A stretch of DNA of 64,000 nucleotides from Candidatus Tayloriibacteriota bacterium (GCA_903857825.1 CAIOGI010000009.1:7203-71202), one strand, 5' to 3'; shown: positions 30,215 to 41,095, counted from the stretch's first letter. Numbers and translations are program-made. The notes: generated by a model not told the origin, from the sequence alone.

Positions 30215-30416
30215 ATATTTTTATAATTAATTATTTTCTTGTAATGGCTTTTCGACTTTCACTCTCGACTCACTCCACACTCTCTCCGCTTCTTCCTGAC
30301 TATCAGCTCGGATGGTCTGAGGAAGATATTCCTGCCCTCCGGAGAAGAAGTATTCCTGCTTGTTTTTCGCATCCTCCTTCCCTATCATTTTGTTTTTATT
30401 ATTTGTTTGCATAAAT

Positions 30417-30860
30417 TTAGAATGATAAATTTTTAATAGCTTTGGCTTTTACTGAGACCGTAAAGACAATGAATGTACCGTCACCTGAAGTGATACTCTC
30501 GGGAGTCGAGGAAGATGGCTCAACACCGCCGTTTGCTGTACCTCCTAATGTTGGATCCTCATCGAAGGCGTTAATGATAGTTTCCATGAGCTCCTCGATG
30601 TTGTTTGCAGAGGCAACATTCTCTCCCTTTTGAATGATTCCGATCGTAAAGTTGTGAGTACGGAGATTATCACGGTTGGTTTCAGCAGCTCCCTCAAGAG
30701 AGGGTGAGGCAAGGATAGCTGCAGGAAAAGTTCCAATATCCTTGTATGCAAATCCATCCTGCTTGAAGTCATCAACAATGACTTGACCGAGCGTAGTCGG
30801 GACCAAGGAGTCGAGCTTTGCCTTCACTGCATTTTTAATTGTGGTTACAATTGCTGTCAT
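30417..30860 (-). CDS. tail completion/terminator-like protein, candidate
   Basis: Position only. Confidence 0.25.
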   Translation of the reverse strand: MTAIVTTIKNAVKAKLDSLVPTTLGQVIVDDFKQDGFAYKDIGTFPAAILASPSLEGAAETNRDNLRTHNFTIGIIQKGENVASANNIEELMETIINAFDEDPTLGGTANGGVEPSSSTPESITSGDGTFIVFTVSVKAKAIKNLSF

Positions 30861-31243
30861 AGTCGTGTTTGATTAGCTATCTGCCTATTCACTATGTCCT
30901 GGGCTTCACGAAATATTTTGTTTACCTCAGGCTCAGCTTTTTTGATAATCTTGAGCATGAAAGGGTTGGCTTTTATATATTTCGTACCGTCATGCACAAA
31001 GATTGCGTAATGAGCTGTCGGATACCAAGCAGCTTGAAGCCTTGCTGTTTTGTATCGAAACGATTGCAGAAGATTTCCTGTCCTCCACGGGACCGGATTA
31101 TCTTTCAAAGTATTTTTTGCGAAGATTGCCCCGGTTGCCATGACTGCTTTCTGAAATATCGGTTCAGAAATCTTCGGGTAATTTCTAAAAGCGAAGTTAA
31201 GCTCCTTAAGTCCTCGTATTTCAATTTTGAAATCTCCAGCCAT
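30857..31243 (-). CDS. HK97 gp10-like head-tail joining protein, candidate
   Basis: Size (128 aa) and position between the connector and tail genes. Confidence 0.35.
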   Translation of the reverse strand: MAGDFKIEIRGLKELNFAFRNYPKISEPIFQKAVMATGAIFAKNTLKDNPVPWRTGNLLQSFRYKTARLQAAWYPTAHYAIFVHDGTKYIKANPFMLKIIKKAEPEVNKIFREAQDIVNRQIANQTRL

Positions 31244-31247
31244 ATGA

Positions 31248-31871
31248 TTAAAAGAAATTTACCCTCCTGTATTTATTAATCGTCTCTTGGTCTTCCGTAT
31301 TAAGAAGATCTTTCCAGGTGATCGACCCACCGTTAAAGTCCTCTCGTGCTTTCCCTTCCGCTTCCCGTCTTTTAAAGAGCTTTATAACAAGCCTCTCAGC
31401 AAGATCTGTAAGATCTGCCGGTAGGGTATGCGTACTACTGTCTCCGTAATTAGCGAAGTTAATTTTGTAGCCTGCTGTATATGTCGCACGGACATTATTT
31501 GTCCCGTGAATAACGGCACCACGAAACTCGATGATTCCTGATGTGCCATCATCCAACAATTCCCAATCATCTGCTATAAAATCTGTCCAATTCGGATTAC
31601 TTTTCAAGCCAGCTCTAAATTGAAGATATGAAATGGCAGAGACCGGAGATTGTTTTAATACGAGAAGGTTATTACCATTGCTTTGCATCGAATACAATTC
31701 ATTCATATAAACTGCTACTTTGAATCGTCTATTGCATTCACCTTCAATGAAATCCGTCACACTGTTTATCAAATACAAAAGTATCGTGTCGTGAGTGGAC
31801 ACAGTGATTGTGAGTCGAGTCTTTACTCGAGCTACGGTTGTAAGAGCGTATGTTAGTAATGCTTCTGCCAT
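31248..31871 (-). CDS. head-tail connector (gp6-like), candidate
   Basis: N-terminal ALTTVARVKTRLTIT...LINSVTDFIEGECNRRF resembles Phage_connect_1. Confidence 0.45.
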   Translation of the reverse strand: MAEALLTYALTTVARVKTRLTITVSTHDTILLYLINSVTDFIEGECNRRFKVAVYMNELYSMQSNGNNLLVLKQSPVSAISYLQFRAGLKSNPNWTDFIADDWELLDDGTSGIIEFRGAVIHGTNNVRATYTAGYKINFANYGDSSTHTLPADLTDLAERLVIKLFKRREAEGKAREDFNGGSITWKDLLNTEDQETINKYRRVNFF

Positions 31872-31937
31872 AAATATTTTATTCGGGTTAAATCCCCGCT
31901 TCTTCCTCCCATGTAAATGAGAGGAAGTGGCTGGAAC

Positions 31938-32360
31938 TTAAGCAGCAGTCGAGCTGTTGCCCACTGGTTCCTTGAACGCATGTCCAAGGAGAGCAGTTGC
32001 TCCGATAAGTGCCGCCGGTGATGTACCGCCGACAAATGCAGGAGTCAGACTGATCTTCAAGTATCGCAAGCGAGATGTACCTAGTCCTTCGACTCGGATC
32101 TGCGCATGTTTACCGTCAGCTGCAAGCGTAGCTGTCGCTCCGCTCACATCGGTGTATGAACCACCTGAAGTGGCGCATTCCGTAACCTTGCACGCCACTG
32201 AATATGAATCAGGTGTACCTGTTGCCGCACCCGTATTCACTTCAATGAGCGCGCTGTTGTAACCGAGCGTATCGATTGCAGCAGAAAGTTTTTCTGAGGC
32301 TCCCTGTGCAATCGGAGCAATGCCGAGCACTGCTTTTATTCCGTCATATACTGAACGCAT
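31938..32360 (-). CDS. phage head-associated hypothetical protein (Gly/Ala/Thr-rich)
   Basis: Position between the capsid and connector genes. Confidence 0.3.
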   Translation of the reverse strand: MRSVYDGIKAVLGIAPIAQGASEKLSAAIDTLGYNSALIEVNTGAATGTPDSYSVACKVTECATSGGSYTDVSGATATLAADGKHAQIRVEGLGTSRLRYLKISLTPAFVGGTSPAALIGATALLGHAFKEPVGNSSTAA

Positions 32361-32469
32361 ATGTATGATGTTTCCCTATTGGCTTGTCAGCCCTTTCAAG
32401 TTCGACTTGAGTTGGAATCGGACGATCCCGTCTCAACAAGAAAGCTATGGTGTAGAAAAGGGTTAGCCT

Positions 32470-32748
32470 TTAATCCTCGTGACTCTCATTGGCAGGGTCG
32501 GTCGCCTGACCTGGCTCCTTTTCAAAGGAACCCTCACCGTTTCCATCCGTAGATGGAACAGATGCACCCTCGCTTGCCCCTTCCTCTTTTGGAGGTTCAA
32601 TTTGCTCGGTTTGAGCGTGGGCGAGCTCCACATCGAGACCAATGTTTGCTGCTTCTTCGTCAGTCAGATTCACAGTTGCACCTTTTTCAAGGCGGTCACC
32701 ATTGAATCCAATCGGACGAACAACAGTATATTTTTTTGTATCGCTCAT
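32470..32748 (-). CDS. hypothetical phage protein
   Basis: 92-aa ORF immediately downstream of the capsid gene. Confidence 0.3.
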   Translation of the reverse strand: MSDTKKYTVVRPIGFNGDRLEKGATVNLTDEEAANIGLDVELAHAQTEQIEPPKEEGASEGASVPSTDGNGEGSFEKEPGQATDPANESHED

Positions 32749-32829
32749 ACGTTATATTGCTTAATTGATAAAATCTGATATTTGTTTTTACTTTTCGGAA
32801 TGAAGGTAAAAACATACTCAGAGAAAGAA

Positions 32830-34029
32830 CTATGACGCTGCGGTCTTCACGACCACGAATGCAGCAGGCAGTGCCACGACCAAAGCCACACGTTTCTTGT
32901 AAACGAGTGCTCTCTGATCGGCAAGCGCAATTTCCTTTCCTCCGAAGGTACCTGACTCGTGTTGTGACACGGTCATCTCGCCTTTTTCACCGAAGGCCAA
33001 AGCCTTCAAGTTTCCAAAGACGATGTACTTCGTCGAAACGGCAGTCGCGCTGTTTGCAGGCAAGTGCTTTGAGGTAAAGACTGGGAAGCCACCGAGCTCT
33101 CCCATAGGCTTGATGCCTCCGCCAGTTGGGTTGTTCGCAAGAACTCCCGCAGAAACAGCTCCTGCCTGAGGCAAGATAAATGCTCCTGCTGAATCCTTTT
33201 GTGTGCGAACTTTTGCCCAGACAGTGCGGTTCATGTACCACGCAGCACCGTCAAGCACTGATTCCTCAACCTGTGCGATTGTGTCAGCCGTATCAATGAC
33301 AGCATCGAATTCAGCAAAGGTGTCTTTGCCGGATGCAAGCGTAAATACAGTAACGTCAGGATGATTCAAGACTCCGACGAACGGAGCTCCTGTACCAACC
33401 AATCCCTGCTTGTCAGTCATGTTAGCGAGTGCTTCGCCTCCAAGAGCAAGCAGCCAATCCGCAAGCTGAACGTCAGCGTCAACCAAGAGGTCGTTTCCGA
33501 CCACGAAGGCGAGCTGCCATTTCTTGGCGATGAGGTTGGCCGCACCGAATGTGATTCCGGTAACAGAGCCAGCGGCATCAACGCCGAGGAATTCTCCTTC
33601 AAGGAATGCGCCAGTGTAACTTGGGATTGCCTTCTCATCAGTGCCCATAGGCCACTTCTGAGCTTGGCTCATCACAAGACCGACGGAAGCTGCGATTCGA
33701 AGAATTGCAGATTCGACTTCCTTGGAAACGAGGTAACCTCCACGGTTATCCTGTTCAGAGATCAATGCTTCATTTGCCTTGACCTTGAGACCTGCGGCGG
33801 CACGGACAACGTCGACAAACTGAGACTTCTGCTCTCCGGAGAGACCAGTCATATCCTTGCCGAAAATTGCACGCTCCATCTGCATCTTCTCCACGATTGC
33901 ACGAGTTTCCTTGGCAACGAGAGGCGACACAGCTTCGCCGAGACGCTTCTCCATGACCTCCTCAACGGCGGTCTGAAGCTGGCTCTTGATCAATTCCAAT
34001 TGTTTTTGATCCATACTATTTTGTGTCAC
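32830..34029 (-). CDS. major capsid protein, HK97 fold
   Basis: 399 aa, directly after the protease/scaffold gene. Length and composition are typical of HK97-family capsid proteins. Confidence 0.65.
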   Translation of the reverse strand: MTQNSMDQKQLELIKSQLQTAVEEVMEKRLGEAVSPLVAKETRAIVEKMQMERAIFGKDMTGLSGEQKSQFVDVVRAAAGLKVKANEALISEQDNRGGYLVSKEVESAILRIAASVGLVMSQAQKWPMGTDEKAIPSYTGAFLEGEFLGVDAAGSVTGITFGAANLIAKKWQLAFVVGNDLLVDADVQLADWLLALGGEALANMTDKQGLVGTGAPFVGVLNHPDVTVFTLASGKDTFAEFDAVIDTADTIAQVEESVLDGAAWYMNRTVWAKVRTQKDSAGAFILPQAGAVSAGVLANNPTGGGIKPMGELGGFPVFTSKHLPANSATAVSTKYIVFGNLKALAFGEKGEMTVSQHESGTFGGKEIALADQRALVYKKRVALVVALPAAFVVVKTAAS

Positions 34030-35137
34030 GAGCGGTGTTATCGTTGATTTTTCTCAACGCTTCGCTCGTGATGTTGTTGATCATCCGCAAGACCTGACGG
34101 TTTACATTGAAGCTCTTTAAAGCCTCGATGACTTCCGACCCTGCGGCATTCGACCTTTTCTTCAGGGCATCTCCATCGAGATGTTCCTTCCCTTCGGCAC
34201 CCTCGAGCAGTTCCTCTAAGGCGGCGATTGTGGCTTTCATGCCATTGATGGCTATTTTGATTTTTGTGCGACTCATCAGTTGTCGCACTCGTGCTGTCTT
34301 TTCTGCCTTTGCTTCATCGCTCTCATCTCCGGATTCCACCGTGATCAAACTTATGATCTCTTTGGAATGAGCGATGATGCTTGCATCCGTCTCTGACTGA
34401 ATTGCGGAAAGTTCAGCACCGATTTTCTGAACAAGTTCCGGTTCTTCCGCCTTCGCTTCAACTGGAGCTTCGGCTTTCGCTTCCTCCTTTATCGTACACA
34501 CGAGCGCACCGGAACCATCAGGAAGCATCGTGCCTTCCTTGTCGTCACCAGTTGTACACGGATCCCCTTCCTGGGGTTCAGCTTTTACAAAGAGTCCTTT
34601 TGTCATGAGTTCAGAAGCATTGAGGTTAAGTTCCTTTGCCAAGGAGAGAGCCATTGGGTTTGCAGGGACCGGAACGAATGAGAACTCAAGCAATTCTGCT
34701 TTTGTAATCACATTCCCTTCCATCTCCCGAGCAATGAATCCTACGGAGGTAGTCTTCACAATCTTTGCATCATAGAGTCGGCGCACTTGCTGAGCAAAAG
34801 GATTGGCTTCTTCAGGTGCGAATCGTCCTTTTGCAATCGTCTGACCTTTGTCATTGGTGAAAATCTCATCAGTTACTCCGATTGGAAGTTCGTAGTAGTT
34901 GTGGCCCCAGAGGACAACGGGGTTATTCTTATAGTTGATGAAATCCCAACCATCTTGATCAATGACTTCTCCCTGTCTATCTTCGTCAGCTGTGGAAATG
35001 ATGACCTCGAAGGTTCCTGAGTCGGTTGCGGCTTTGGTCTTCTCGATCGCATCCTTGAATTCCTTTGTGGCGAACGCCAACGAGACCTTCTCGAGGATTT
35101 CATTATTTATTTTTTGAAATGTTGCTTCTTTTTTCAT
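34016..35137 (-). CDS. prohead protease (HK97/U35 family) fused to a coiled-coil scaffold domain
   Basis: N-terminus FEVIISTADEDRQGEVIDQDGWDF...PVVLWGHN is the prohead protease pattern. The C-terminal 150 aa are Ala/Glu/Lys-rich coiled coil. Confidence 0.6.
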   Translation of the reverse strand: MKKEATFQKINNEILEKVSLAFATKEFKDAIEKTKAATDSGTFEVIISTADEDRQGEVIDQDGWDFINYKNNPVVLWGHNYYELPIGVTDEIFTNDKGQTIAKGRFAPEEANPFAQQVRRLYDAKIVKTTSVGFIAREMEGNVITKAELLEFSFVPVPANPMALSLAKELNLNASELMTKGLFVKAEPQEGDPCTTGDDKEGTMLPDGSGALVCTIKEEAKAEAPVEAKAEEPELVQKIGAELSAIQSETDASIIAHSKEIISLITVESGDESDEAKAEKTARVRQLMSRTKIKIAINGMKATIAALEELLEGAEGKEHLDGDALKKRSNAAGSEVIEALKSFNVNRQVLRMINNITSEALRKINDNTARDTK

Positions 35138-35159
35138 GGTTTTATTTATTTTTTATTAA

Positions 35160-37382
35160 TTACCCCTCGATACTTATCTCCTCCGGCCTCGTGTAGCACC
35201 TACAACTCACATGGAGTGGCGGAGATCCAACATCGCTGTATGAAATATCAAGCTGTGATCCGTCAGCACCCGTGTGGGTATCGCCTTTATCATAGAAATT
35301 GTCATCGATGCCAATCACTTTGCCATTCATGTTCTCGCACCAAGGGCAGACCATTTCATCAGCTGCTGTGTACCACTTAATGGTCTTCACTACTCCTGTC
35401 TGCTTCCATGCTTCCTTGGTTGAATCATTGGCAATTCGGAATGTTTCCGTTCGAGCAACCTGAGCAGCGCGGACCTCATCACTAAATGCGTAAATATTTG
35501 AGATTTTACTTGTAAGTTCAGGAAGTGACGCACCTTCAGCCAAGCCTTCCTCAATTCCATCTTTCAAAAGTCCGAGAGTTGTGTCGTTGTAGCTTTCTGC
35601 AAGAAGTTTCATAGCTCGCTCAAGAGCAAGGCGTACTTCGGAGGTGAGTCTGAATCCGCTTGAGCCAAGAAGTTGCATTGCTTCAGCTCCTTCGTTTGTA
35701 TATAGATCTGTTAGTATTGGATTGGAAAGGTCAATCATTGCACCTACCCACGTCTCACGATTAAATATATCCTCTACTACTATTTTCCAGCCCTTCTTAT
35801 CAAAGAATCTGTTTAGATTTGCGATAACCACTGCTTTCTGATTATTGTTAAACTTCTTGATCCCCTCGATCATTAAATTCTCATAGCGAGTAACTCGAAG
35901 TACAAAACCTTTATAAAGAACTTCATATTCAGCGTGAGATAGATTTGATAAATCCTTGCGAGCTTTCTGCTTTACTTCTTCAAATTGCTTTTTACTTGCA
36001 TCAATGGAATCAGCCACTCGTTTTGCAATTTCTTCAGACATAACTTTTCGTGCTTTTGTATTCTTTGCACCCCGAGTCGAAGGTTTCTTGTCTCCCGTAC
36101 TTGTTTTTCTACCTGAACGATTGACTGACTTAGGTTTTGGCTTACCGAGAGCAATCTTTGAGAAATCAGTCATAACATTTTCCCCGTTATCAATTCCATC
36201 GAGTCCGAAGTATTCTTCACGGGCTTCGTTAACACTCATGACTGGCTGACCTGCAAGAGCTGCTTTCATTTCTTCAGTCTTCTGTAGCCTGTCCTCTGGG
36301 ACCGGATCTACAAAATCGAGATATAGGTTGTCACCATATCGAGGCACAAGAAATTCATTGAGTTGTTGAACGATCATTTCCATCTTCGGTTTTATGGTTC
36401 GAGCTGCAAAAACATAATTTGAGGTTTCTGCGGTCGCTCGATTGGTTTCTGATTCTGATCCTCCGAGAATTGTTTTGGGAACACGGAAACCCGCAAGGAT
36501 TTTGTCTCGCATAACTTGCTGGAGATTGGCGAAGTCCATATCTTTCGGATTACTTGAGGCTTCGTCATACTTCACACCTTTCGGAAGTACTGCTACTCGA
36601 TATGCATTGCCTGCACCTTTGTAAAGATTCTCAAATGAGGCACGGAGTACCTTCATCTGTGCATCAGTAATTGCGTTCTCGGAACTCAAGAGTCCACCGA
36701 GACGCGCACCATTTTTGAAATAGTTGAGATTAACCTCAGATGCAAAATTATCAGAATCTATCCAATCGAGAATTGCCTGGACTGTACCGATACCTTGATA
36801 CGGATCATTGGGATCTGGATATTTCAAATGCAGAATTTGCGCCTGCTTGTATGTAACAGTTTTTCCATCTATCGAATAACTGTATCCCTTAATGAATTCT
36901 GGAAGCGGTGCAGGAATCGGATTTGTATATCGAGGATTCAAAAGAAATATTGCTTTTGGTTTATCAGTATCTTTTTCAACCCCATCCAATAGCCAATATG
37001 AATTACCTGAAAGCTCAAGATGTGATCCTGTAAGATACCGAAGTTCGTATCCAGTTTGGAAGGGATTCACCCCATCGAGTAAATCAAGAAGCTCATGATC
37101 AAATATTTCTTCATGCACTCCATCCTTATTCACCTGGAACAGCCGGAAGGAAATCTTTGCAAGTTCTTCTGCAATCGCACGGATAGCGGCATACGTCCAT
37201 GCGTTATATGTACCCATCGCTTTATCAATCGACACTTTTCTTGAGCGACTCCAAAGAGTGAACGGATCATCGTTTGAAAGACCAGAAGCAAGCGGGGGAT
37301 TTAATCCTTTGCGAGTGAGACCTATGAGTTTTAATGTCTTATCGAAAATATTCATACAAATAAAAAAGGGCTTGCGGTGCAA
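35160..37382 (-). CDS. portal protein fused to a C-terminal MuF/SPP1 gp7-like head morphogenesis domain
   Basis: The N-terminal 450 aa are portal-like. The C-terminus ...ARTETFRIANDS...WYTAADEMVCPWCENMNGKVIGID is the Phage_Mu_F motif. Confidence 0.7.
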   Translation of the reverse strand: MHRKPFFICMNIFDKTLKLIGLTRKGLNPPLASGLSNDDPFTLWSRSRKVSIDKAMGTYNAWTYAAIRAIAEELAKISFRLFQVNKDGVHEEIFDHELLDLLDGVNPFQTGYELRYLTGSHLELSGNSYWLLDGVEKDTDKPKAIFLLNPRYTNPIPAPLPEFIKGYSYSIDGKTVTYKQAQILHLKYPDPNDPYQGIGTVQAILDWIDSDNFASEVNLNYFKNGARLGGLLSSENAITDAQMKVLRASFENLYKGAGNAYRVAVLPKGVKYDEASSNPKDMDFANLQQVMRDKILAGFRVPKTILGGSESETNRATAETSNYVFAARTIKPKMEMIVQQLNEFLVPRYGDNLYLDFVDPVPEDRLQKTEEMKAALAGQPVMSVNEAREEYFGLDGIDNGENVMTDFSKIALGKPKPKSVNRSGRKTSTGDKKPSTRGAKNTKARKVMSEEIAKRVADSIDASKKQFEEVKQKARKDLSNLSHAEYEVLYKGFVLRVTRYENLMIEGIKKFNNNQKAVVIANLNRFFDKKGWKIVVEDIFNRETWVGAMIDLSNPILTDLYTNEGAEAMQLLGSSGFRLTSEVRLALERAMKLLAESYNDTTLGLLKDGIEEGLAEGASLPELTSKISNIYAFSDEVRAAQVARTETFRIANDSTKEAWKQTGVVKTIKWYTAADEMVCPWCENMNGKVIGIDDNFYDKGDTHTGADGSQLDISYSDVGSPPLHVSCRCYTRPEEISIEG

Positions 37383-37976
37383 ACCTTCTTCGTGAGAAGA
37401 AGACTTACATCACAAGCCCTCTGGGGTATCCAGTCGGACTATACGAACACAATTTTGAAAGGTACTGTTACATCATATCGGACCAACAACATTCACACCA
37501 GAGAGTGTGTGGATAAATAATTTCATTGAAAAATGTTGCTGTTCCTATATCGTGACATGTTCCTGATCATCAATATCCATGCTTTTACGAAGTAGTTCAT
37601 TTCTCCTATCTCCCAACTTCTTCTCAAGACGAATTATTTCTTCATCGGTTCCATGAGCAAGTGTTTGACTGATATATTCCATGTCAGGATTTTCACCATA
37701 TGCATTACTAAGTTCGGCCACATGATTCATCACTTCTTTTTTTGTATCTTCTATATTCATAACAATATTGTACCAATAATTTATTTTTTTTGCATTCCTA
37801 TAGTTCCTTTACCTCAAAATCATTCGGATCAGTTGGCTTCTTCTGGACTGTATATTCTACTAGAGTGACTTTCTTTTCATTAACTCTAAGAACAATCTGA
37901 CCATGTGGAATTTTATCGGCAAGCTCCATGATGTCCTGCCATTCTTTCGTTATTTCTTTCATAATTCTGGTTGGTA

Positions 37977-39440
37977 TCATATAAGTCCGATTACTTCTGG
38001 ATTCTGCATTCCCTGCTGCACCAAGCCGAGAATAAGATACACGAGCGCATCGACGAGGTCGTCGTGTTCTTCGATTCCGAATCCGAGAAGCTGGATAATG
38101 AGATCTTCACAACCTGTGTGTGGAAAGACTACTGTCCCGTTTTGAATGTAGACGGCAACTGCTCGAAGCCTAGCCCTCTTGTCGCCCCCTGCCGTCATCG
38201 CAATTACTGGTAGGAGTGCACGCTCCATTTCTTCTATGGCCGCTTTCTGATATGCCACATTTTCCACAAAGAAAAGTGAGAAAGGATTCGCTGTAGACAT
38301 CGCTTTAGTTGTTTCTATCGTTTCATGGAATGAGAGACGTGCATTGAGCGGATTCGGCCTAATATATATTTTTGGTATACCGTCTTTTACGAATGAAGTG
38401 CCCGATACCATCGCAGTACAATCCGCGGTTTCTTTCTTGCTGATTGCCAAGTCGACTCCTGTCCCAGAGAGTCCAGTTTGCAGTTCCGGAGGCTCAATAT
38501 CATAATACTGAATCCATTCCTCTTTAATATCTGAACCTTCTTCAGGAACAATCTTGAGAAGATACTCCCTTTGCCATGCGGTTGCTCCCACCTTATCGCG
38601 CTGATCATCGAGTGCTTGCTTGGTAGGATATTTTGCTGACCATCTCGTTTTTTCATTCTTAATAAGTGCATACTCAAGATGTTTGAATGATTTGTATCTA
38701 TTCAGCCGTGCCATGAGTGCATCAGTATGGAGTTGGTTTCCGATAACGATAAGCCTTCCCTGTGCTTCGTCTATTGCAGGGATAATTTCCCCTCTCAGCC
38801 ATCTTTCCGTTTTATCTCTATTTTCTTTTGTACGAACCCATTCCAAATCTTCAGGGTCATCAATGATCACAAGACTCGGTCTGTTTTGTCTGTGACGAAG
38901 ACCTCTGACTTTCTGTCCTCTCGATCGGGCTAGAATGCGGACACCATTGGAGAGCAGCATGTTTTTTGCCTGCCATTCTTCTTCGCTTTCAAGAGTGAAG
39001 TCCTCACCGAACTTTCCCTTGATCTCTCCGTAGTCCTGCATAATGAGTGTATTATTTTCAAGCTCCTCCTTGATGTTTGCAATATTGATAGCCGACTGAA
39101 GTCCCGTATCAGCAATAGGTAGGATGAACGGATACAGGTCAGGATGTTCAAGAGCCGCCCACAACGGCAGAGCCAGGGACCCGAACGTTGATTTTGCACT
39201 TCCACGAAATCCCAAGACCTCGATCATTTTTTCTCTATGATCTCCTAGTGCTGTTAGAAGCTCATCATGGAAATCGGCGGGGGCTATGGTTAAATAATGC
39301 GGAAGATAAATTAAACAAAAGCCTTTGAGCGTACGCGCCATCTTACGGCGCATCTCATGATCATCAAGAAAACTTTTATTTTGCCACCACGATTGCAGTG
39401 GTTGGATTGGATCCATTGTTAGTGTTTTTTGTTTCTGCAT
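37977..39440 (-). CDS. terL: terminase large subunit
   Basis: Walker A GFRGSAKST, Walker B LVIIDDPE, C-terminal nuclease region. Confidence 0.85.
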   Translation of the reverse strand: MQKQKTLTMDPIQPLQSWWQNKSFLDDHEMRRKMARTLKGFCLIYLPHYLTIAPADFHDELLTALGDHREKMIEVLGFRGSAKSTFGSLALPLWAALEHPDLYPFILPIADTGLQSAINIANIKEELENNTLIMQDYGEIKGKFGEDFTLESEEEWQAKNMLLSNGVRILARSRGQKVRGLRHRQNRPSLVIIDDPEDLEWVRTKENRDKTERWLRGEIIPAIDEAQGRLIVIGNQLHTDALMARLNRYKSFKHLEYALIKNEKTRWSAKYPTKQALDDQRDKVGATAWQREYLLKIVPEEGSDIKEEWIQYYDIEPPELQTGLSGTGVDLAISKKETADCTAMVSGTSFVKDGIPKIYIRPNPLNARLSFHETIETTKAMSTANPFSLFFVENVAYQKAAIEEMERALLPVIAMTAGGDKRARLRAVAVYIQNGTVVFPHTGCEDLIIQLLGFGIEEHDDLVDALVYLILGLVQQGMQNPEVIGLI

Positions 39441-39951
39441 CTTCTTTTGAAATAATTCCCCAATTTACAAGGGCATCAAACATTCTCTGTTTTTGTTCAG
39501 GTTCGAGAGGTCTTGAGCGAGCCTCAAGTGCTATCTTTCCTATGTGTCGCTCGAAGATTCCCGCATCCATTTCCGCTCCAAGTATCGCAAGATCGAGTTT
39601 GATGATTGAATTGAGTGCTGCGATCTGGTCCTTGTAGCTTGGTGGAGGCATCCCTTCCTTTTTCAAATCGTCGGTATAGAAAGCGATGCGGACCAACCTA
39701 TCAACAACAATCCTTTGTCGCTCTTTGAGCTGTGCTATGCGACCCGACATTTGTTGCCTATCTACCTGTCGCGCCAAGTCTCCATTAATCTTCCAAATTA
39801 TTCTTGAAAGGTAGTGGAGATTGGCGATTCGTATGCCTTTTTTCTCAAGCGCATCTTGAAGCGAACGCAGGGAAATAAGAGGGTCGATGACGATAGCGTC
39901 TCGCACCGCCCGCATTATTTTTTCTTCTGCCGGTTTGAGAATCTTTGGCAT
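39376..39951 (-). CDS. terminase small subunit, candidate
   Basis: 191-aa HTH-like protein immediately upstream of terL and overlapping it. Confidence 0.4.
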   Translation of the reverse strand: MPKILKPAEEKIMRAVRDAIVIDPLISLRSLQDALEKKGIRIANLHYLSRIIWKINGDLARQVDRQQMSGRIAQLKERQRIVVDRLVRIAFYTDDLKKEGMPPPSYKDQIAALNSIIKLDLAILGAEMDAGIFERHIGKIALEARSRPLEPEQKQRMFDALVNWGIISKEDAETKNTNNGSNPTTAIVVAK

Positions 39952-39967
39952 GTGTATCTTTGTGTAT

Positions 39968-41095
39968 CTATTTTCGTTTGACCCTTGTAAATACTAGCTT
40001 TTCCACGATCGCCTGAACGACGTTTACCGTTACCGCATTACCCAAGCACTTGTACCTTTGAGTGTCGCTTGCACCGAGAGTCCACTCGTCAGGAAAGCCT
40101 TGTAACCGTTCACACTCCATAGGCGTAAGGCGACGAATTTTCTGTAGCCCTTTGACGGCATACAGTCCCGTCTTCGCCCCAAGGCCTCCTGCTTGGCTTG
40201 CAAGAGTCGTGGCTATACCTCTTGCATCATATATTCGACTTCCTTGTGGAAAGTTACGACTAAGTTGTTTCCCATCATCAAGCCATTTCTTATTCTTCTC
40301 GCTCATGACAGCTCCGATATATTTCAAATCTTTATGTGCCGGTCTTTTACCAACATAAGTTCCGTTCGAGTCTGCGGTAACACGTGTCGTGATGGTTGGT
40401 AGGATAATATCCTCGCTTGCGTTTTGGGAGAGAGGAAATACTTCCGGTCTGGGCGTGCCTCTAAGATGTCCGACAATGAAGACTCGCTCTCTGTTCTGGG
40501 GTACTCCGAAATTCTTGCTGTTAAGCACCTGCCATTGGAGGTCATACCCAAGACCATCCAGTGTGCGGAGGATAATGCCGAAGGTACGCCCTTTCTCGTG
40601 AGAGAGAAGCCCTTTAACATTCTCAAGGAGTAGAAGCCGTGGTCTTTTGGTAGCGATAATGCGAGCAATCTCAAAGAACAATGTCCCTCGAGTGTCTTCA
40701 AAGCCCTTTCTCTTGCCGGCAATAGAGAAAGATTGGCAAGGAAAACCTCCAATGAGTAGGTCGAAATCGGGTAGATCTCTTGATTTGATTTTTCTGATGT
40801 CTCCATAATTTGTGTGCTTGAAATATTTTTCATAAATTTTGATTGCGTGTTTGTCGATCTCGGAGTAACCCACGCAAGTAAGCGATTCTTGTCGTAAGCC
40901 GTCGCAGTGATGGTGTTTGCAAGATAGTCCTCCCTCGGTACCAACTTCTTTAGACTTCTTGTATCCTTTACCACCCCGAGCCTTCGAAGTCGCTTTGCCT
41001 CCTCTGTCCTTCTTTCTGTTAACTGTTTCCACATATGCGTTGTGTATGCCGAGTTCGAAGCCTCCAATTCCCGAAAAGAGACTGAAGTACCTCAT
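39968..41095 (-). CDS. DNA cytosine-5 methyltransferase
   Basis: FSGIGG (I), GGFPCQSFS (IV), LLLENV (VI), QNRERVFIVG (VIII). A ~50-aa Lys/Gly-rich insertion with CKHHHCDG follows motif I. Confidence 0.9.
   Translation of the reverse strand: MRYFSLFSGIGGFELGIHNAYVETVNRKKDRGGKATSKARGGKGYKKSKEVGTEGGLSCKHHHCDGLRQESLTCVGYSEIDKHAIKIYEKYFKHTNYGDIRKIKSRDLPDFDLLIGGFPCQSFSIAGKRKGFEDTRGTLFFEIARIIATKRPRLLLLENVKGLLSHEKGRTFGIILRTLDGLGYDLQWQVLNSKNFGVPQNRERVFIVGHLRGTPRPEVFPLSQNASEDIILPTITTRVTADSNGTYVGKRPAHKDLKYIGAVMSEKNKKWLDDGKQLSRNFPQGSRIYDARGIATTLASQAGGLGAKTGLYAVKGLQKIRRLTPMECERLQGFPDEWTLGASDTQRYKCLGNAVTVNVVQAIVEKLVFTRVKRK

Noticed and set aside
33361-34047. 228-aa plus-strand ORF
   Set aside because: Entirely antisense to the major capsid gene. 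No independent signals.
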